A stretch of 48,552 bases of DNA from a bacterium (GTDB taxonomy: Bacteria > Zhuqueibacterota > Zhuqueibacteria > Oceanimicrobiales > Oceanimicrobiaceae), in the NCBI GenBank assembly GCA_046757025.1, contig JBHHXN010000020.1, forward strand, positions 1-48,552, written 5' to 3'. How positions within the stretch are numbered: position 1 is the stretch's first letter; every line of letters starts with the position of its first letter. The translations under genes were made by a program, and so were the position numbers. Below the pieces are notes generated by a model. The model saw only the letters and a program-made list of their open reading frames with translations. It had not been told where the DNA came from and ran no database searches. Shown here piece by piece: positions 8,337-18,470 of the stretch.

Positions 8337-9917
8337 TCAAGCGTTGCCGGGCTTCGATTTGAACATCTGTTTTTCGCGCAGCGATGACATCCGGGGCTTC
8401 AATTTGCTCATGACATAATCAAAAATCAAAAGCAAATAAAAAGGTAAATATTCCACCAGTTGTACCCAATTGCTTTCCTGCCAGACGCCGGTGCGGGTAA
8501 AATCGTTCAGCGTCCAGTAAGAGATGCCCACCAGGCCGGTAAGCAAAAAACCGGCACGGTTTGGCGCCACCACCAGAAAAGGCAACAGCCAGCAAAGGTA
8601 CCAGGGCTGCGCAGTGGGATTCAGCAGAAAAAAGGCGCCAAATGAAATCAAACCAAACTTAAACACCCAGATGTTTCCCTCCCGCTTAAAATCTCTTTTG
8701 AATCGGGCAAGAAAATAAATAAAAATACCAGAAAAAATCAGGAGGATGAAAACTTTGGAGATCATCAACGCCAGATCCGTGCCACGGGAATCAATGGTTG
8801 CGGGATCCACGCCGTAACCATAAGGCGTGATCATCCATTTCACGATCCACTCTTGCGGCAGCCACGCTTTTACCGCCGCCAGAATGACCGTAAAAATCGA
8901 CGCGTTGAACTGCCACTTGGCTGAATAGACCACCAGACCGGTAACCAGCCGTTCGCCGGCATCAGAATAAGGCAAATAAAATGCCGCAGCCAAAATAACA
9001 AATAGAAACAGCACCATCGATTTAAATTCGTTTTTAAGCAATGCAAAAATCGGCAACAAAATCACAGAAATGAATTTGGTTAAAAATGAAAGCACAAGAT
9101 AAAAGTTTGCCCAGAGCGTTCGTCCACGGACGACAAAGTATAAAGCAGCGGCTAGCAACAATATGCCGAAAACATCCGCGTGACCGTTGCCGCTAAATTC
9201 CACGATGACCAACGGATTCCAGAAGTAAAGCAACATTCGATTCCAATTCAAAGAAAGTCGTTTTATGATCAAAAACAAAACCCAGGCAGTCAGCAAGTCC
9301 AGAAGCAGAATGGCTGTTTTAAATCCCATAACCGTGGGTTTGATCCTGGCGAGCACCAGAAAAACGATCTGGCTCATGGGCGGGTAAATGGTGGAAATCT
9401 CCGGGTGGTTGACTTTCGGATAGATTTCATCATCACGAAGTGAGCTCAAAGCCTCATCATTTGGCGGATACAAATAAGGGTTGATGCCGTTCAACGCGAC
9501 TTTTCCATCCCACACATAACGGTAAATATCGTCCGACAACGACGGAGTCGTGATGAGCAAAGTCAACCTGAAAATGACGCCGAAAAAAATACCGATGGTC
9601 AGCACCTCCTTCGAAGTCAATTTGGTGGCTATTTTCTGCCGTATGAAATAATTGTTGAGCCATTTGCTGCGGCTGATGCGCGGATATTTTTTTATTTGCT
9701 GCTCAAGTTTGCCAACCAGGCGGTGGGGCTGCATGTCAAAAAAGGCGACCGCGGCAATCCAATAAAAAAGAAATATGCCACCATAGCAAAGCAAATAAAT
9801 GGGGATATGAAACCGCAGATCCGCATACGATGCAATGATGACATAAAGCAGTTCTGAGCTGAATGCTAATGCCAGTAAAATTTGTAATTTGTGACCTCTT
9901 TTTTTCATCGCTCCCAT
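8337..9917 (-). CDS. Polytopic GT-C-fold glycosyltransferase (GT87/DUF2029-like)
   Basis: SDDIYRYVWDG, GINPY.YPP, TIYPP, WNPL..E...GH.D, QPWY; many TM helices. Confidence 0.75.
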   Translation of the reverse strand: MGAMKKRGHKLQILLALAFSSELLYVIIASYADLRFHIPIYLLCYGGIFLFYWIAAVAFFDMQPHRLVGKLEQQIKKYPRISRSKWLNNYFIRQKIATKLTSKEVLTIGIFFGVIFRLTLLITTPSLSDDIYRYVWDGKVALNGINPYLYPPNDEALSSLRDDEIYPKVNHPEISTIYPPMSQIVFLVLARIKPTVMGFKTAILLLDLLTAWVLFLIIKRLSLNWNRMLLYFWNPLVIVEFSGNGHADVFGILLLAAALYFVVRGRTLWANFYLVLSFLTKFISVILLPIFALLKNEFKSMVLFLFVILAAAFYLPYSDAGERLVTGLVVYSAKWQFNASIFTVILAAVKAWLPQEWIVKWMITPYGYGVDPATIDSRGTDLALMISKVFILLIFSGIFIYFLARFKRDFKREGNIWVFKFGLISFGAFFLLNPTAQPWYLCWLLPFLVVAPNRAGFLLTGLVGISYWTLNDFTRTGVWQESNWVQLVEYLPFYLLLIFDYVMSKLKPRMSSLREKQMFKSKPGNA

Positions 9918-10693
9918 ATATTTAAAGGCACAATTTATTGAATTATTTATGCAAAATCAAACTGCATTTCAGAATCTTGATTTATTTTTCGATTCGCAAT
10001 TTTGATCTCAAAAGCCATCGGATTCCTGTGGCCGTTTTGGTTCCCACATTCAGATGTTCAGCAGGCAAGTTTTAGAATCTGTGTAAATAATCGGTCAAGA
10101 ATTCTGCTCTGCATTGCGATAAATAACGATGGGTAAAACTTCTTTGCATTCAAAAGTCATAACCCCGGTTTCTGCCCAATTTGTAAACAACAACGGGTTT
10201 CGAAGAAATGAAGAACCCGGATATTTCGTTCGAACACAAACCATGATTACTTTTCGTGACAAAAGTTCACTTCCTTGAATTACGAAATTGCAATCATTCC
10301 TAGCGCGGCGGAGCCGCAAATGTTTAAATGACTTGCTTTGTTGTGGTCCAAACCATGGTGCTATTATCAGCCGTCATTAAGCCTCGCTGTCATTGACAGA
10401 GGTGAATTATTGCTGCTGTCTAAAATGACGCCAAAGGCAAATGACCTGGTGACTTTATGACGGGTCGTGTCATTCGCTTCACATCATTTAGCCATTTTCT
10501 TGCAAAAAAGTGCAAAAGTTCAGAAGTGATACTATATAGATGTGATACAATAGGAACAAATTGTTACAACCGATTGGGTAAATTTTTCCCACAAGCTATT
10601 TTTTCAGAAATTCCAAACAGGGCAACTTTTATTTAACTCACTTAAATTGTATTGTTTAAACCGTTAGCTAAATGTAAAATTATTTACGACTAT

Positions 10694-10709
10694 TTGGAAC
10701 ATATTTTGC
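10694..10709 (+). promoter_or_regulatory. Putative sigma54 (-24/-12) promoter for the GWxTD gene
   Basis: TTGGAAC-ATATT-TTGC (GG-N10-GC); dyad TGGGTAAATTTTTCCCA about 110 bp upstream. Confidence 0.55.
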
Positions 10710-10794
10710 CGTTAATAATTACACCCTGGCTATGCTGGTTCTTTTCCATATTATTGTTTTAAGATTTAATCATTTATTTAAAGGAGTAAAGCCC

Positions 10795-12162
10795 ATGAAA
10801 TATTCAGGTAATCACTTCTTGGGTTGGGCTATTTCGCAAGGATTGCGAGTAAGTTTGCTGCTTATCTTTCTTTTCTTCGGTCCAAACACGGTATTTTCTC
10901 ACACCGATGAATTTATCGACAAAATCATTCACGAAAATCAAAGTTATGCTTTTGAATTTCTCACGTTTAAAACGGATGAAACGCAAAAGACCTTGCTGGA
11001 AATCTTTTGCCAGATCCCCCTTCAAAATTTACAACACTTTAAACATTTAAACGAGTATCGGGTCAGCTATTTTCTCGATATTTCATTGTTTGATGAAAAT
11101 CAGGTAAAAACCGACAACTTGAATTTGACAGATTCGGTAAAAGTCGAGCCATTTAACGCAAGTTATCTGAACTCCCTTCCCCATCTGGTTCGATTTACTT
11201 TTCTGGTCAACCCCGGTAACTACACCGCCCGAGTTAAACTGATCGATCGCGAAAACCTTTCCTTTTTTAGCTTTGACAAAGCGATCACCATTCCTGACTA
11301 CCACGAAAATCAGTTAACCCTCAGCGATATTCAAGTGGCTACTTCCATTGCGCCATCTCAGGAAGAGTCGATTCTCGTAAAAAACGAATTAAAAATCATT
11401 CCAAATGTTTCCCGGTTATATGGAATTAGTTACAAGACGTTGTTTCTTTATTCGGAAATTTACCGGCTTCAGTACCGGCCGCAAGCGACCAACAACCGAT
11501 TTACGGCCACGTACACGATTTTAAATGAACAAGGACAGGTGGTAAAATCGCTGGTTAGAAAATATAAAAAGCCCGCTAAGTCCTGCGCATTGAGCATCGG
11601 CATCCCTATTTCAGATCTGACTTCCGGACTCTATACGGTGACGCTTAAAATCCACGACCCGGAAAGCGGGCATTCGGCATTGAATGATGCCCACTTTACC
11701 GTTGTTAAACCGTTCGCTGAGATATCCGAAATCGAGTTTGCCACTTTACTGCGGCAATTGCAATACATCGCCACGGAAGATGAAATCGAAAGCCTGAAAT
11801 CGCTGCCGGTTGAGGATCGTTTGTCTGGATTAAGCCAGTTCTGGGCGAAGCTCGACCCGACCCCCGGTACGGATAGAAACGAATTGATGGTGGAATACTT
11901 TCAGAGAATCTACTACGCCAACCAACATTTTCAAAGTGTGAATGGCAGCGGTTGGGAGACGGATCAAGGTGAAATTTATGTGAAAAACGGGTGGCCGGAT
12001 TTTATCAAAAGTGCGTCTTCGCCAGACAAAAACAAGTCCTTTGAAGTGTGGGAATATTTTAAATTGAACTCCAAATATGTCTTTGTGGATGAATGGGGTT
12101 TAGGTCAATTTCGATTGTTGAGAACCGACAGTGCCCCGCAACAAGGCATTACGCTCTATTAA
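10795..12162 (+). CDS. GWxTD domain-containing exported protein
   Basis: FW..LDPTPGT..NE..EYF.RI..AN..F...GWETDQG.IY..G.PD; hydrophobic N-terminal segment; ATG 10795 after AAGGAG. Confidence 0.85.
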   Translation: MKYSGNHFLGWAISQGLRVSLLLIFLFFGPNTVFSHTDEFIDKIIHENQSYAFEFLTFKTDETQKTLLEIFCQIPLQNLQHFKHLNEYRVSYFLDISLFDENQVKTDNLNLTDSVKVEPFNASYLNSLPHLVRFTFLVNPGNYTARVKLIDRENLSFFSFDKAITIPDYHENQLTLSDIQVATSIAPSQEESILVKNELKIIPNVSRLYGISYKTLFLYSEIYRLQYRPQATNNRFTATYTILNEQGQVVKSLVRKYKKPAKSCALSIGIPISDLTSGLYTVTLKIHDPESGHSALNDAHFTVVKPFAEISEIEFATLLRQLQYIATEDEIESLKSLPVEDRLSGLSQFWAKLDPTPGTDRNELMVEYFQRIYYANQHFQSVNGSGWETDQGEIYVKNGWPDFIKSASSPDKNKSFEVWEYFKLNSKYVFVDEWGLGQFRLLRTDSAPQQGITLY

Positions 12163-12660
12163 AAAAAACTTATGCAAAGGCATCGGGCAATTTAAAGGTA
12201 AATTGGCTTTCGATTTCGAAAGTAGGTGAAAATTAGAAAACTCGTTGCACAAACGTGTGCAAAAATTGCAATTCAGCGCATCAAAAAGCAGCTCGGGAAT
12301 CGTGCGATGCATCTTCAAACCGAATTTGAACCACCGTACGGTAAAGCGGCAATACACATATACCCAACAACTGAGATCCAGATAAATCACGAGGCCCCTT
12401 ACTCAAAATCGTAAATTCCCATGCCGTTCGTGCCGGAATCTCTGAATCGGACCGGCCCACCCCGTACGCCATTCAGAATAAAAGCTGAATAGTTGCAGCA
12501 CGAATAGGGGAATTTGTATTCATATTAAAATGACTGTGCATTTTGCTCCACCTAGCGTTTAGCTCCGGAATCATCAATCTACGCTGCACTTTTATCTCCT
12601 AAATTGTTTATTTAAATTCTAACACATGAAATGTATTGAACCTATCTCGATAAAATTTGC

Positions 12661-12689
12661 TTGCATAGGGAAGATTTTAATTGTATATT
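12661..12689 (+). promoter_or_regulatory. sigma70-type promoter
   Basis: TTGCAT-N17-TATATT, 27 bp before the metallophosphoesterase start. Confidence 0.55.
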
Positions 12690-12715
12690 CCTGAAATTTA
12701 TACCTTAATAAGTTT

Positions 12716-13444
12716 ATGAAATACGCAATAATTTCCGACATTCACGGAAACTTGGAAGCGCTAGAAAGTGTGCTGAAAGACATAGATAACAAGCAGATAG
12801 ATTCCCTTATCTGCCTGGGAGATTTGATTGGTTACGGCCCCAATCCCAATGAATGTGTGGACATCGTCAAAGAAAAAGCGGATTATATTTTAGCCGGCAA
12901 TCACGACTATGCACCGCTGGGCAAGCTCGATCTGTCATATTTTAATCCCTGGGCGCGCAATGCCATCGAATGGACTGCGGACCATTTGACCCAGGAAACC
13001 AAGGATTTCTTACTCAATCTGCCGTTAAAAGTGGAGTTAGACGGATTCACCATCGTGCATTCCACCCCGGCGCATCCAGAAGACTGGAACTACATCATTA
13101 CCATTGGCGATGCGGTTCAGAATTTTCCGGACTTCCGTGGTCAGATCTGCTTTATTGGCCACTCGCATGTCCCGATGATCATTTCAGTGAACGAGAAAGA
13201 GGACTATCGAGTTATCCGCAATGATTCCATTTCCATTGATCCCGATTTGAGATACATCATCAACGTAGGCAGCGTTGGTCAACCTCGCGATTTCATCCCC
13301 AAAGCAGCCTATGCCATTTATGATGCCTCAGCCAAAACCTACGAATTGCGCAGAGTAGGTTACAATATTGCCGTTACTCAAAATAAAATTATGGAATCGG
13401 GTTTACCGCACTTTTTAGCTGAGCGGCTGGAATTAGGTCAATAA
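12716..13444 (+). CDS. Calcineurin-like metallophosphoesterase
   Basis: SDIHGN, GDLIGY, GNHD, GHSH, NVGSVGQPRD. Confidence 0.9.
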   Translation: MKYAIISDIHGNLEALESVLKDIDNKQIDSLICLGDLIGYGPNPNECVDIVKEKADYILAGNHDYAPLGKLDLSYFNPWARNAIEWTADHLTQETKDFLLNLPLKVELDGFTIVHSTPAHPEDWNYIITIGDAVQNFPDFRGQICFIGHSHVPMIISVNEKEDYRVIRNDSISIDPDLRYIINVGSVGQPRDFIPKAAYAIYDASAKTYELRRVGYNIAVTQNKIMESGLPHFLAERLELGQ

Positions 13445-13496
13445 ACTACCTATTACCAAATAACCTGGCAAATAATTGCTATTGGAGGTAAAGCCT

Positions 13497-14003
13497 ATGG
13501 ATACCAGACAAGTCAAAACTGGACAACAGCTTATGCTTTCTGAAAACGCCTACAACCGGGTGGCAGAAATCCTGGCGGATTTATCGGCGAACACACGAGC
13601 TGATGTCATTGTTTTTTGTGAATCCAACGGCTACCCGGTGATACATCATGGCAACAGCAAAGATTTGGATCTCATGGCTATTTCGTCGTTGGCTGCGAAC
13701 AACTTTTCTGCTACCGCTCAAATGGCGACCATGGTGGGAGAAAAAAATAGTTTCAAATTTCTCTTTCATGAAGGAGAAAACACCAATATTTACCTCTCCA
13801 ATGTCGGGTTCAATTTCATCCTTGTGGTGGTATTCAGTGTGGAGGTGGCGTTGGGCATGATTCGGGTTTTCACCAATAAAGCAATTAAAGAAATAAACCG
13901 AGCGCTGAAATCCGTTAAAGAAGAGGAAAAATCCGAAGAGTTTGTGGATCTGGAATTTAAAACGCTTTTAGGCGAAGAATTAAACCGCTCTTTGAAATTC
14001 TAA
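13497..14003 (+). CDS. mglB: MglB-like roadblock/LC7 protein (GAP)
   Basis: Roadblock pattern (NGYPV, SSLAANNFSAT..MA.MVGE, LFHEGE, LGMIR) directly upstream of mglA; ATG 13497 after GGAGG. Confidence 0.85.
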   Translation: MDTRQVKTGQQLMLSENAYNRVAEILADLSANTRADVIVFCESNGYPVIHHGNSKDLDLMAISSLAANNFSATAQMATMVGEKNSFKFLFHEGENTNIYLSNVGFNFILVVVFSVEVALGMIRVFTNKAIKEINRALKSVKEEEKSEEFVDLEFKTLLGEELNRSLKF

Positions 14004-14026
14004 CAACTTGAGTGGAAGCGGTTTGC

Positions 14027-14617
14027 ATGTTTATCAACAAAGGATTGCAGGAAATAAACCTCAAGATCGTATATTACGGTCCGGGGCTGAGCGGTAAAAC
14101 CACCAATTTAGAATGCATCTACCACCGATTGGACCCCACCATCCGCAGTGAGCTGGTTTCTTTAAAAACTCGCGAGGAGCGGACGCTGTATTTCGATTTC
14201 ATGCAGCTGGAGCTAGGCCGTATAAAAGATAAAAAACCGCGATTCAATCTTTACACCGTTCCGGGTCAAGTCTATTATAATTTCAGTCGTAAGATCATAC
14301 TCAGGGGCGTGGATGGCATTGTGTTTGTGGCCGATTCGCAAAAGAACCGCATGGGCGACAATTTAGACTCGCTGCTGGATCTGGAAAAGAATATGATCGA
14401 AATGGGTCACACACTGCAAAACTTCCCCTGGGTAATTCAATACAACAAAAGAGACCTGCCCAACATCGCACCGGTGGAATGGCTGCAAACCAAGCTGAAT
14501 TTTTTCGGCGCACCCTATTCGGAAGCGGTGGCTACAGAGGGAATCGAAGTCATTTCCACCCTCAAAACCGTCATCACCGAAGTGATGTCAAAATTTGATG
14601 TTCTGGTCAAATCGTAA
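14027..14617 (+). CDS. mglA: MglA-family small GTPase
   Basis: INLKIVYYGPGLSGKTTN, ERTLYFDF, YTVPGQ, VFVADSQ, NKRD. Confidence 0.95.
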   Translation: MFINKGLQEINLKIVYYGPGLSGKTTNLECIYHRLDPTIRSELVSLKTREERTLYFDFMQLELGRIKDKKPRFNLYTVPGQVYYNFSRKIILRGVDGIVFVADSQKNRMGDNLDSLLDLEKNMIEMGHTLQNFPWVIQYNKRDLPNIAPVEWLQTKLNFFGAPYSEAVATEGIEVISTLKTVITEVMSKFDVLVKS

Positions 14618-14633
14618 TCGCAAGAGAAAGGTC

Positions 14634-15017
14634 ATGAACAAATTGAAAGCTCCGCAAGAAATCATTGAAGAACAAATGAAGCAGATTTCAGACCGCGGCA
14701 GTTACGATATGGTGCATTTGTTTTCAGATGAAGGATTGCCGCTGGCCGAGTATTACCATGATCGCATAATTGAAAAAGATCGCTTGGTGGAACTCTCCGT
14801 TTTGTTGCGTGAAGTCAGGAAAATGGCCGACGTAATGGGGCAAATTTCCAACATCAAGGAAATGATCGTGGAAGGATTTAATCATCGTAAAATCGTGTTT
14901 CGATTTTTCCGGGCCTTTAATCAGGAAGTGGTTCTGGCCATTGTGGTTCCCCCAAAAAAATCTTATCGCGGTTTAACCAATTTATTGGTGCGCACCATTG
15001 AAAATATCTCATTTTAA
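14634..15017 (+). CDS. Second, divergent roadblock-like protein
   Basis: helix-LFSDEGLPLA-helix-strands-VVLAIVV-helix pattern typical of roadblock/longin folds. Confidence 0.6.
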   Translation: MNKLKAPQEIIEEQMKQISDRGSYDMVHLFSDEGLPLAEYYHDRIIEKDRLVELSVLLREVRKMADVMGQISNIKEMIVEGFNHRKIVFRFFRAFNQEVVLAIVVPPKKSYRGLTNLLVRTIENISF

Positions 15018-15127
15018 ACCATTTAACTTTCCGTGGTCGCATGATACTACCTGGTTAGTCCCACTCACCAGTTCAAAGATTTGATAAAATTATTACTCCT
15101 GAATAAAACTAAGCAGGATATCGGCGA

Positions 15128-15730
15128 TTGCAGTTAGAATCTGTTTCTGCGATTATTTTAGCAGCGGGAGAATCCAAACGCATGGGCCACCCCAAAGCGT
15201 TGATGCGATTTGGCAAGCAGACCTTTCTGCAGACCGTCATTTCGAATGTGCAGCAGGCTGGAGTGGAATCCATTCTGGTGGTTCTGGGACACGCTAAAGA
15301 GAGCATCATCCCTTCGCTGCGCAATTGGCCGGTTGAGATCGTCATCAATGAAAACTACCGCACCGGACAATTCTCTTCGTTTCAAACCGCGCTCAAAAAA
15401 TTAAAGCCCGATTGTGCCGGCACTTTGCTGGTGCTGGTGGATCAACCGCAAATCGGAAGCGAAGTTATTCGGAAAGTTCTCAGCGCATTTCAGCGCCTGC
15501 CCGAAAAGATCATCATTCCCAGCTACCAAAACCGTCGCGGGCATCCACCGCTCATTCCACAGTCGTTGTTTCAAGAAATTGTGCAGGCTCCGCCAGACTG
15601 GAACGCCTCGGCGCTAATTGCCGACCATGCAGAGATTGTACACGAAGTGGAAGTCCATGACGAAAGTATCTTGTGGAATATCAACACGCTGGAGGATTTG
15701 AAAATCGTCAATGCACAATTGAATTTGTAA
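15128..15730 (+). CDS. MobA/MocA-like nucleotidyltransferase (NTP_transf_3)
   Basis: ILAAGESKRMG..K, LVDQP, RGHP, NINT. Confidence 0.85.
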   Translation: MQLESVSAIILAAGESKRMGHPKALMRFGKQTFLQTVISNVQQAGVESILVVLGHAKESIIPSLRNWPVEIVINENYRTGQFSSFQTALKKLKPDCAGTLLVLVDQPQIGSEVIRKVLSAFQRLPEKIIIPSYQNRRGHPPLIPQSLFQEIVQAPPDWNASALIADHAEIVHEVEVHDESILWNINTLEDLKIVNAQLNL

Positions 15731-15887
15731 CTGGAGTCGGCATCATGCCGCTCAAATCTGTTTGCAGTCTCGTCATGATCTTGCGATTATTTTTAACTAA
15801 ACAGAAAAATACTTTTGCATTCTATCCACAAATTATTAAATTTAGCCATATTTTTTTTAACAGAATTTTGAAAGAAAGGATACGCAG

Positions 15888-17246
15888 TTGTCTTCTTTAA
15901 TGATCAGTGTTTCCGGGGTGCGAGGCATCGTGGGGGAAGGTTTGACGCCAGAGGTGGTCATGAATATTTCCCAGGCGTTCGGCACTTATTGCAGCGGTGG
16001 TAAAATCGTTCTCGGCCGCGACTCACGCGTAACCGGCGAAATGCTCCATAAAGCCGTGGCCGCCGGTTTAACCGCCATGGGCTGCGATATTCTGGACATC
16101 GGAATTTGTCCCACTCCCACAACTCAATTAGCTGTTGAAAATTCCAAAGCGGCAGGCGGCGTCATGGTCACGGCCAGCCACAATCCCATCGAGTGGAACG
16201 GGCTGAAACTTATGGGGGCGGACGGTCTGTTTTTGGATGCGGAACAAGGGGAAGAGGTACTAAAAATTGCTGAAGCGCAAACTTTTTCTTTTAAAACCTG
16301 GGATGGAATTGGAGTGGCGGTCAGATACACGCGCGCTATCGAGGAGCACATTCGGGCGATTTTGAATTTGAAATACGTCGATCTGGAGCGTATCCAGACG
16401 CGCCAATTCAAAGTGGTGCTGGATTGCGTCAACGGCGCCGGCGCCAACCTGGTGCCGGATTTGCTGCACCAATTTGGCTGCCAGATCGTCCAGCTCCATT
16501 GTGAGCCCAGCGGTCTGTTCCCAAGAAACCCCGAACCCCTGCCGGAAAATTTGAGTGAAATCTGCGAACGGGTGAAAGTTGAAAACGCAGACCTGGGCAT
16601 CGTGGTGGATCCGGACTCGGATCGATTAGCTTTGATATCGGAAAAGGGCGAGCCCATCGGTGAGGAAAAAACCCTGGCGATTGCGGTCAAACACATACTG
16701 AGCCATCGTCCCGGAGCCGTCGTCATCAACGCATCCACTTCCCGCATGACGGAAGATCTGGCGGAACCGTATGGCGTTTCGGTCACACGCACCAAAGTTG
16801 GCGAAATTCACGTAGCGAAAAAAATGCGTGAAATAAACGCGGTGATCGGAGGAGAAGGCAACGGCGGCGTCATCCTGCCGGACCTGCACCTGGGCCGCGA
16901 CGCGCCCCTGGGCATCGCACTGACGTTACAGCACCTAACCGAAAACGAAATGTCGGTCAGCCAGCTCAGCGACAGCTTGCCGCGATACGTTATTACCAAA
17001 ACCAAAATTGCCTTAGACCAGCTCAGCGCGGAAGAAGCCCTGAATCGTATACGCGAAATGTACGCAGATGAAGATTTGGATTTTACCGATGGCATCAAAA
17101 TCGTCAGAGAAAAATCCTGGATTCACATTCGGCCTTCAAATACCGAACCCATCATCCGTGTGATCGCCGAAGCGCCCACCGAAAAGGAAGCGCAAAATTT
17201 ATGCACACACGTCAAAGACAAAATCACCAAACCGTTAAATAATTAG
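15888..17246 (+). CDS. alpha-D-phosphohexomutase family enzyme (GlmM/PMM-like; possibly phosphopentomutase)
   Basis: SVSGVRG, TASHNP, DPDSDR, GEGNG, RPSNTEP. Confidence 0.9.
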   Translation: MSSLMISVSGVRGIVGEGLTPEVVMNISQAFGTYCSGGKIVLGRDSRVTGEMLHKAVAAGLTAMGCDILDIGICPTPTTQLAVENSKAAGGVMVTASHNPIEWNGLKLMGADGLFLDAEQGEEVLKIAEAQTFSFKTWDGIGVAVRYTRAIEEHIRAILNLKYVDLERIQTRQFKVVLDCVNGAGANLVPDLLHQFGCQIVQLHCEPSGLFPRNPEPLPENLSEICERVKVENADLGIVVDPDSDRLALISEKGEPIGEEKTLAIAVKHILSHRPGAVVINASTSRMTEDLAEPYGVSVTRTKVGEIHVAKKMREINAVIGGEGNGGVILPDLHLGRDAPLGIALTLQHLTENEMSVSQLSDSLPRYVITKTKIALDQLSAEEALNRIREMYADEDLDFTDGIKIVREKSWIHIRPSNTEPIIRVIAEAPTEKEAQNLCTHVKDKITKPLNN

Positions 17247-17261
17247 AAACAGGACCGAAGC

Positions 17262-17540
17262 ATGCTGATATGCAGAATTGTTGGAGATGTGGTTTCCACG
17301 CAAAAAAATGTGCAATTTGAAGGGCATAAACTACTCATCGTGCAGCCGGTGGAATTAGACGGTAAAACCGCCATCGGCTCATCCATGATTGCTGTTGACC
17401 GGGTGGATGCCGGCGACGGCGATCTAGTGCTGGTGAACAAAGAAGGCAGCTCCGCACGCCTGTTGCTGGAAAACGAAGAAATTCCCATCCAGGCGGTAAT
17501 TGTGGGCGTTATCGATGGCATCGACCTGGCTGATGATTGA
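17262..17540 (+). CDS. Bacterial microcompartment vertex protein (BMC-P, EutN/CcmL family)
   Basis: GDVVSTQK...KLLIV, AVD..DAG.GD.VLV..EGSSAR, AVIVGVID. Confidence 0.93.
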   Translation: MLICRIVGDVVSTQKNVQFEGHKLLIVQPVELDGKTAIGSSMIAVDRVDAGDGDLVLVNKEGSSARLLLENEEIPIQAVIVGVIDGIDLADD

Positions 17541-17630
17541 TATTTTTTTTTACAACAAACGTGGAAAACGAAAATGTACTCGACTTTGGTCGTTGTGAAG
17601 TTTACTATGTTACCGAATTGAGGTGAAGCA

Positions 17631-18470
17631 ATGGAAATCGATCAATTAATTGACAAAGTGGTTGATGAAATGATTGCAAAGCCCGTTCCAAGTCCCATCA
17701 CATCCTCTGCACCGGAATGCAACTGGTGCTGGGTCTGCCCCAACTGCCGCAGTCAGGTAGTCGAAGGCATCGTTGAGAACGGCGCGAACCGAGTGGGCGC
17801 CGGGCCCAACCTCGGCCCCATTCACGAGAATCTCGCCGGGCTCATCGACCATACGCTTCTGAAGCCGGAAGCCACCCGTGCGCAAATTACCAAATTATGT
17901 GAGGAAGCGGTACGTTACCATTTCGCTTCCGTTTGCGTCAATCCGTCCTGGGTGCGCCTGTGCCGGGACATCGTTCGCGGTTCCCGTGTTTTAGTTTGTA
18001 CAGTGGTGGGATTTCCTTTGGGCGTCAACACCACCGAAACCAAGGCGTTTGAAACCGAAAAAGCCATTCAGGAAGGCGCCGACGAAATCGATATGGTCAT
18101 CCATGTCGGCATGCTCAAATCCGGCGAACATAATTACGTGCAAAAAGACATTCAGGCGGTGGTGGATGCGGCGGGCGAAAAGGGCGAAGTAAAAGTGATC
18201 ATCGAAACCTGTTATCTCACAGATGAAGAAAAAATAAAAGCCTGTCTTCTTTCCAAAGAAGCAGGGGCGCATTTTGTGAAAACGTCCACGGGATTTGGTA
18301 AAAAAGGCGCCACCCTGGGGGATGTGGCTTTGATGCGTAAAATCGTGGGCAGTGAAATGGGAGTGAAAGCCGCCGGCGGCATTCGGGATTATGAAATTGC
18401 CTCGCAAATGGTGGAAGCCGGCGCCAGTCGAATCGGGGCCTCAGCAAGCATAGAGATTATCGGCAAATGA
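17631..18470 (+). CDS. deoC: Deoxyribose-phosphate aldolase with N-terminal encapsulation-peptide-like and Cys-rich extension
   Basis: [43 protein letters not shown]; about 65 extra N-terminal residues. Confidence 0.95.
   Translation: MEIDQLIDKVVDEMIAKPVPSPITSSAPECNWCWVCPNCRSQVVEGIVENGANRVGAGPNLGPIHENLAGLIDHTLLKPEATRAQITKLCEEAVRYHFASVCVNPSWVRLCRDIVRGSRVLVCTVVGFPLGVNTTETKAFETEKAIQEGADEIDMVIHVGMLKSGEHNYVQKDIQAVVDAAGEKGEVKVIIETCYLTDEEKIKACLLSKEAGAHFVKTSTGFGKKGATLGDVALMRKIVGSEMGVKAAGGIRDYEIASQMVEAGASRIGASASIEIIGK

Noticed and set aside
12163..12715. Small ORFs and hairpins between the GWxTD and phosphoesterase genes
   Set aside because: No recognisable motifs, and the ORFs overlap on both strands; cannot support a gene or ncRNA
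15821..15830. DnaA box-like CTATCCACA
   Set aside because: Single mismatched box with no cluster or origin context
16124..16795. Long antisense ORFs (also 4073-4615, 36950-37561, 45845-46372, 47021-47797) and the alternate-frame ORF 7098-7748
   Set aside because: Shadows of well-supported genes with no domain signatures
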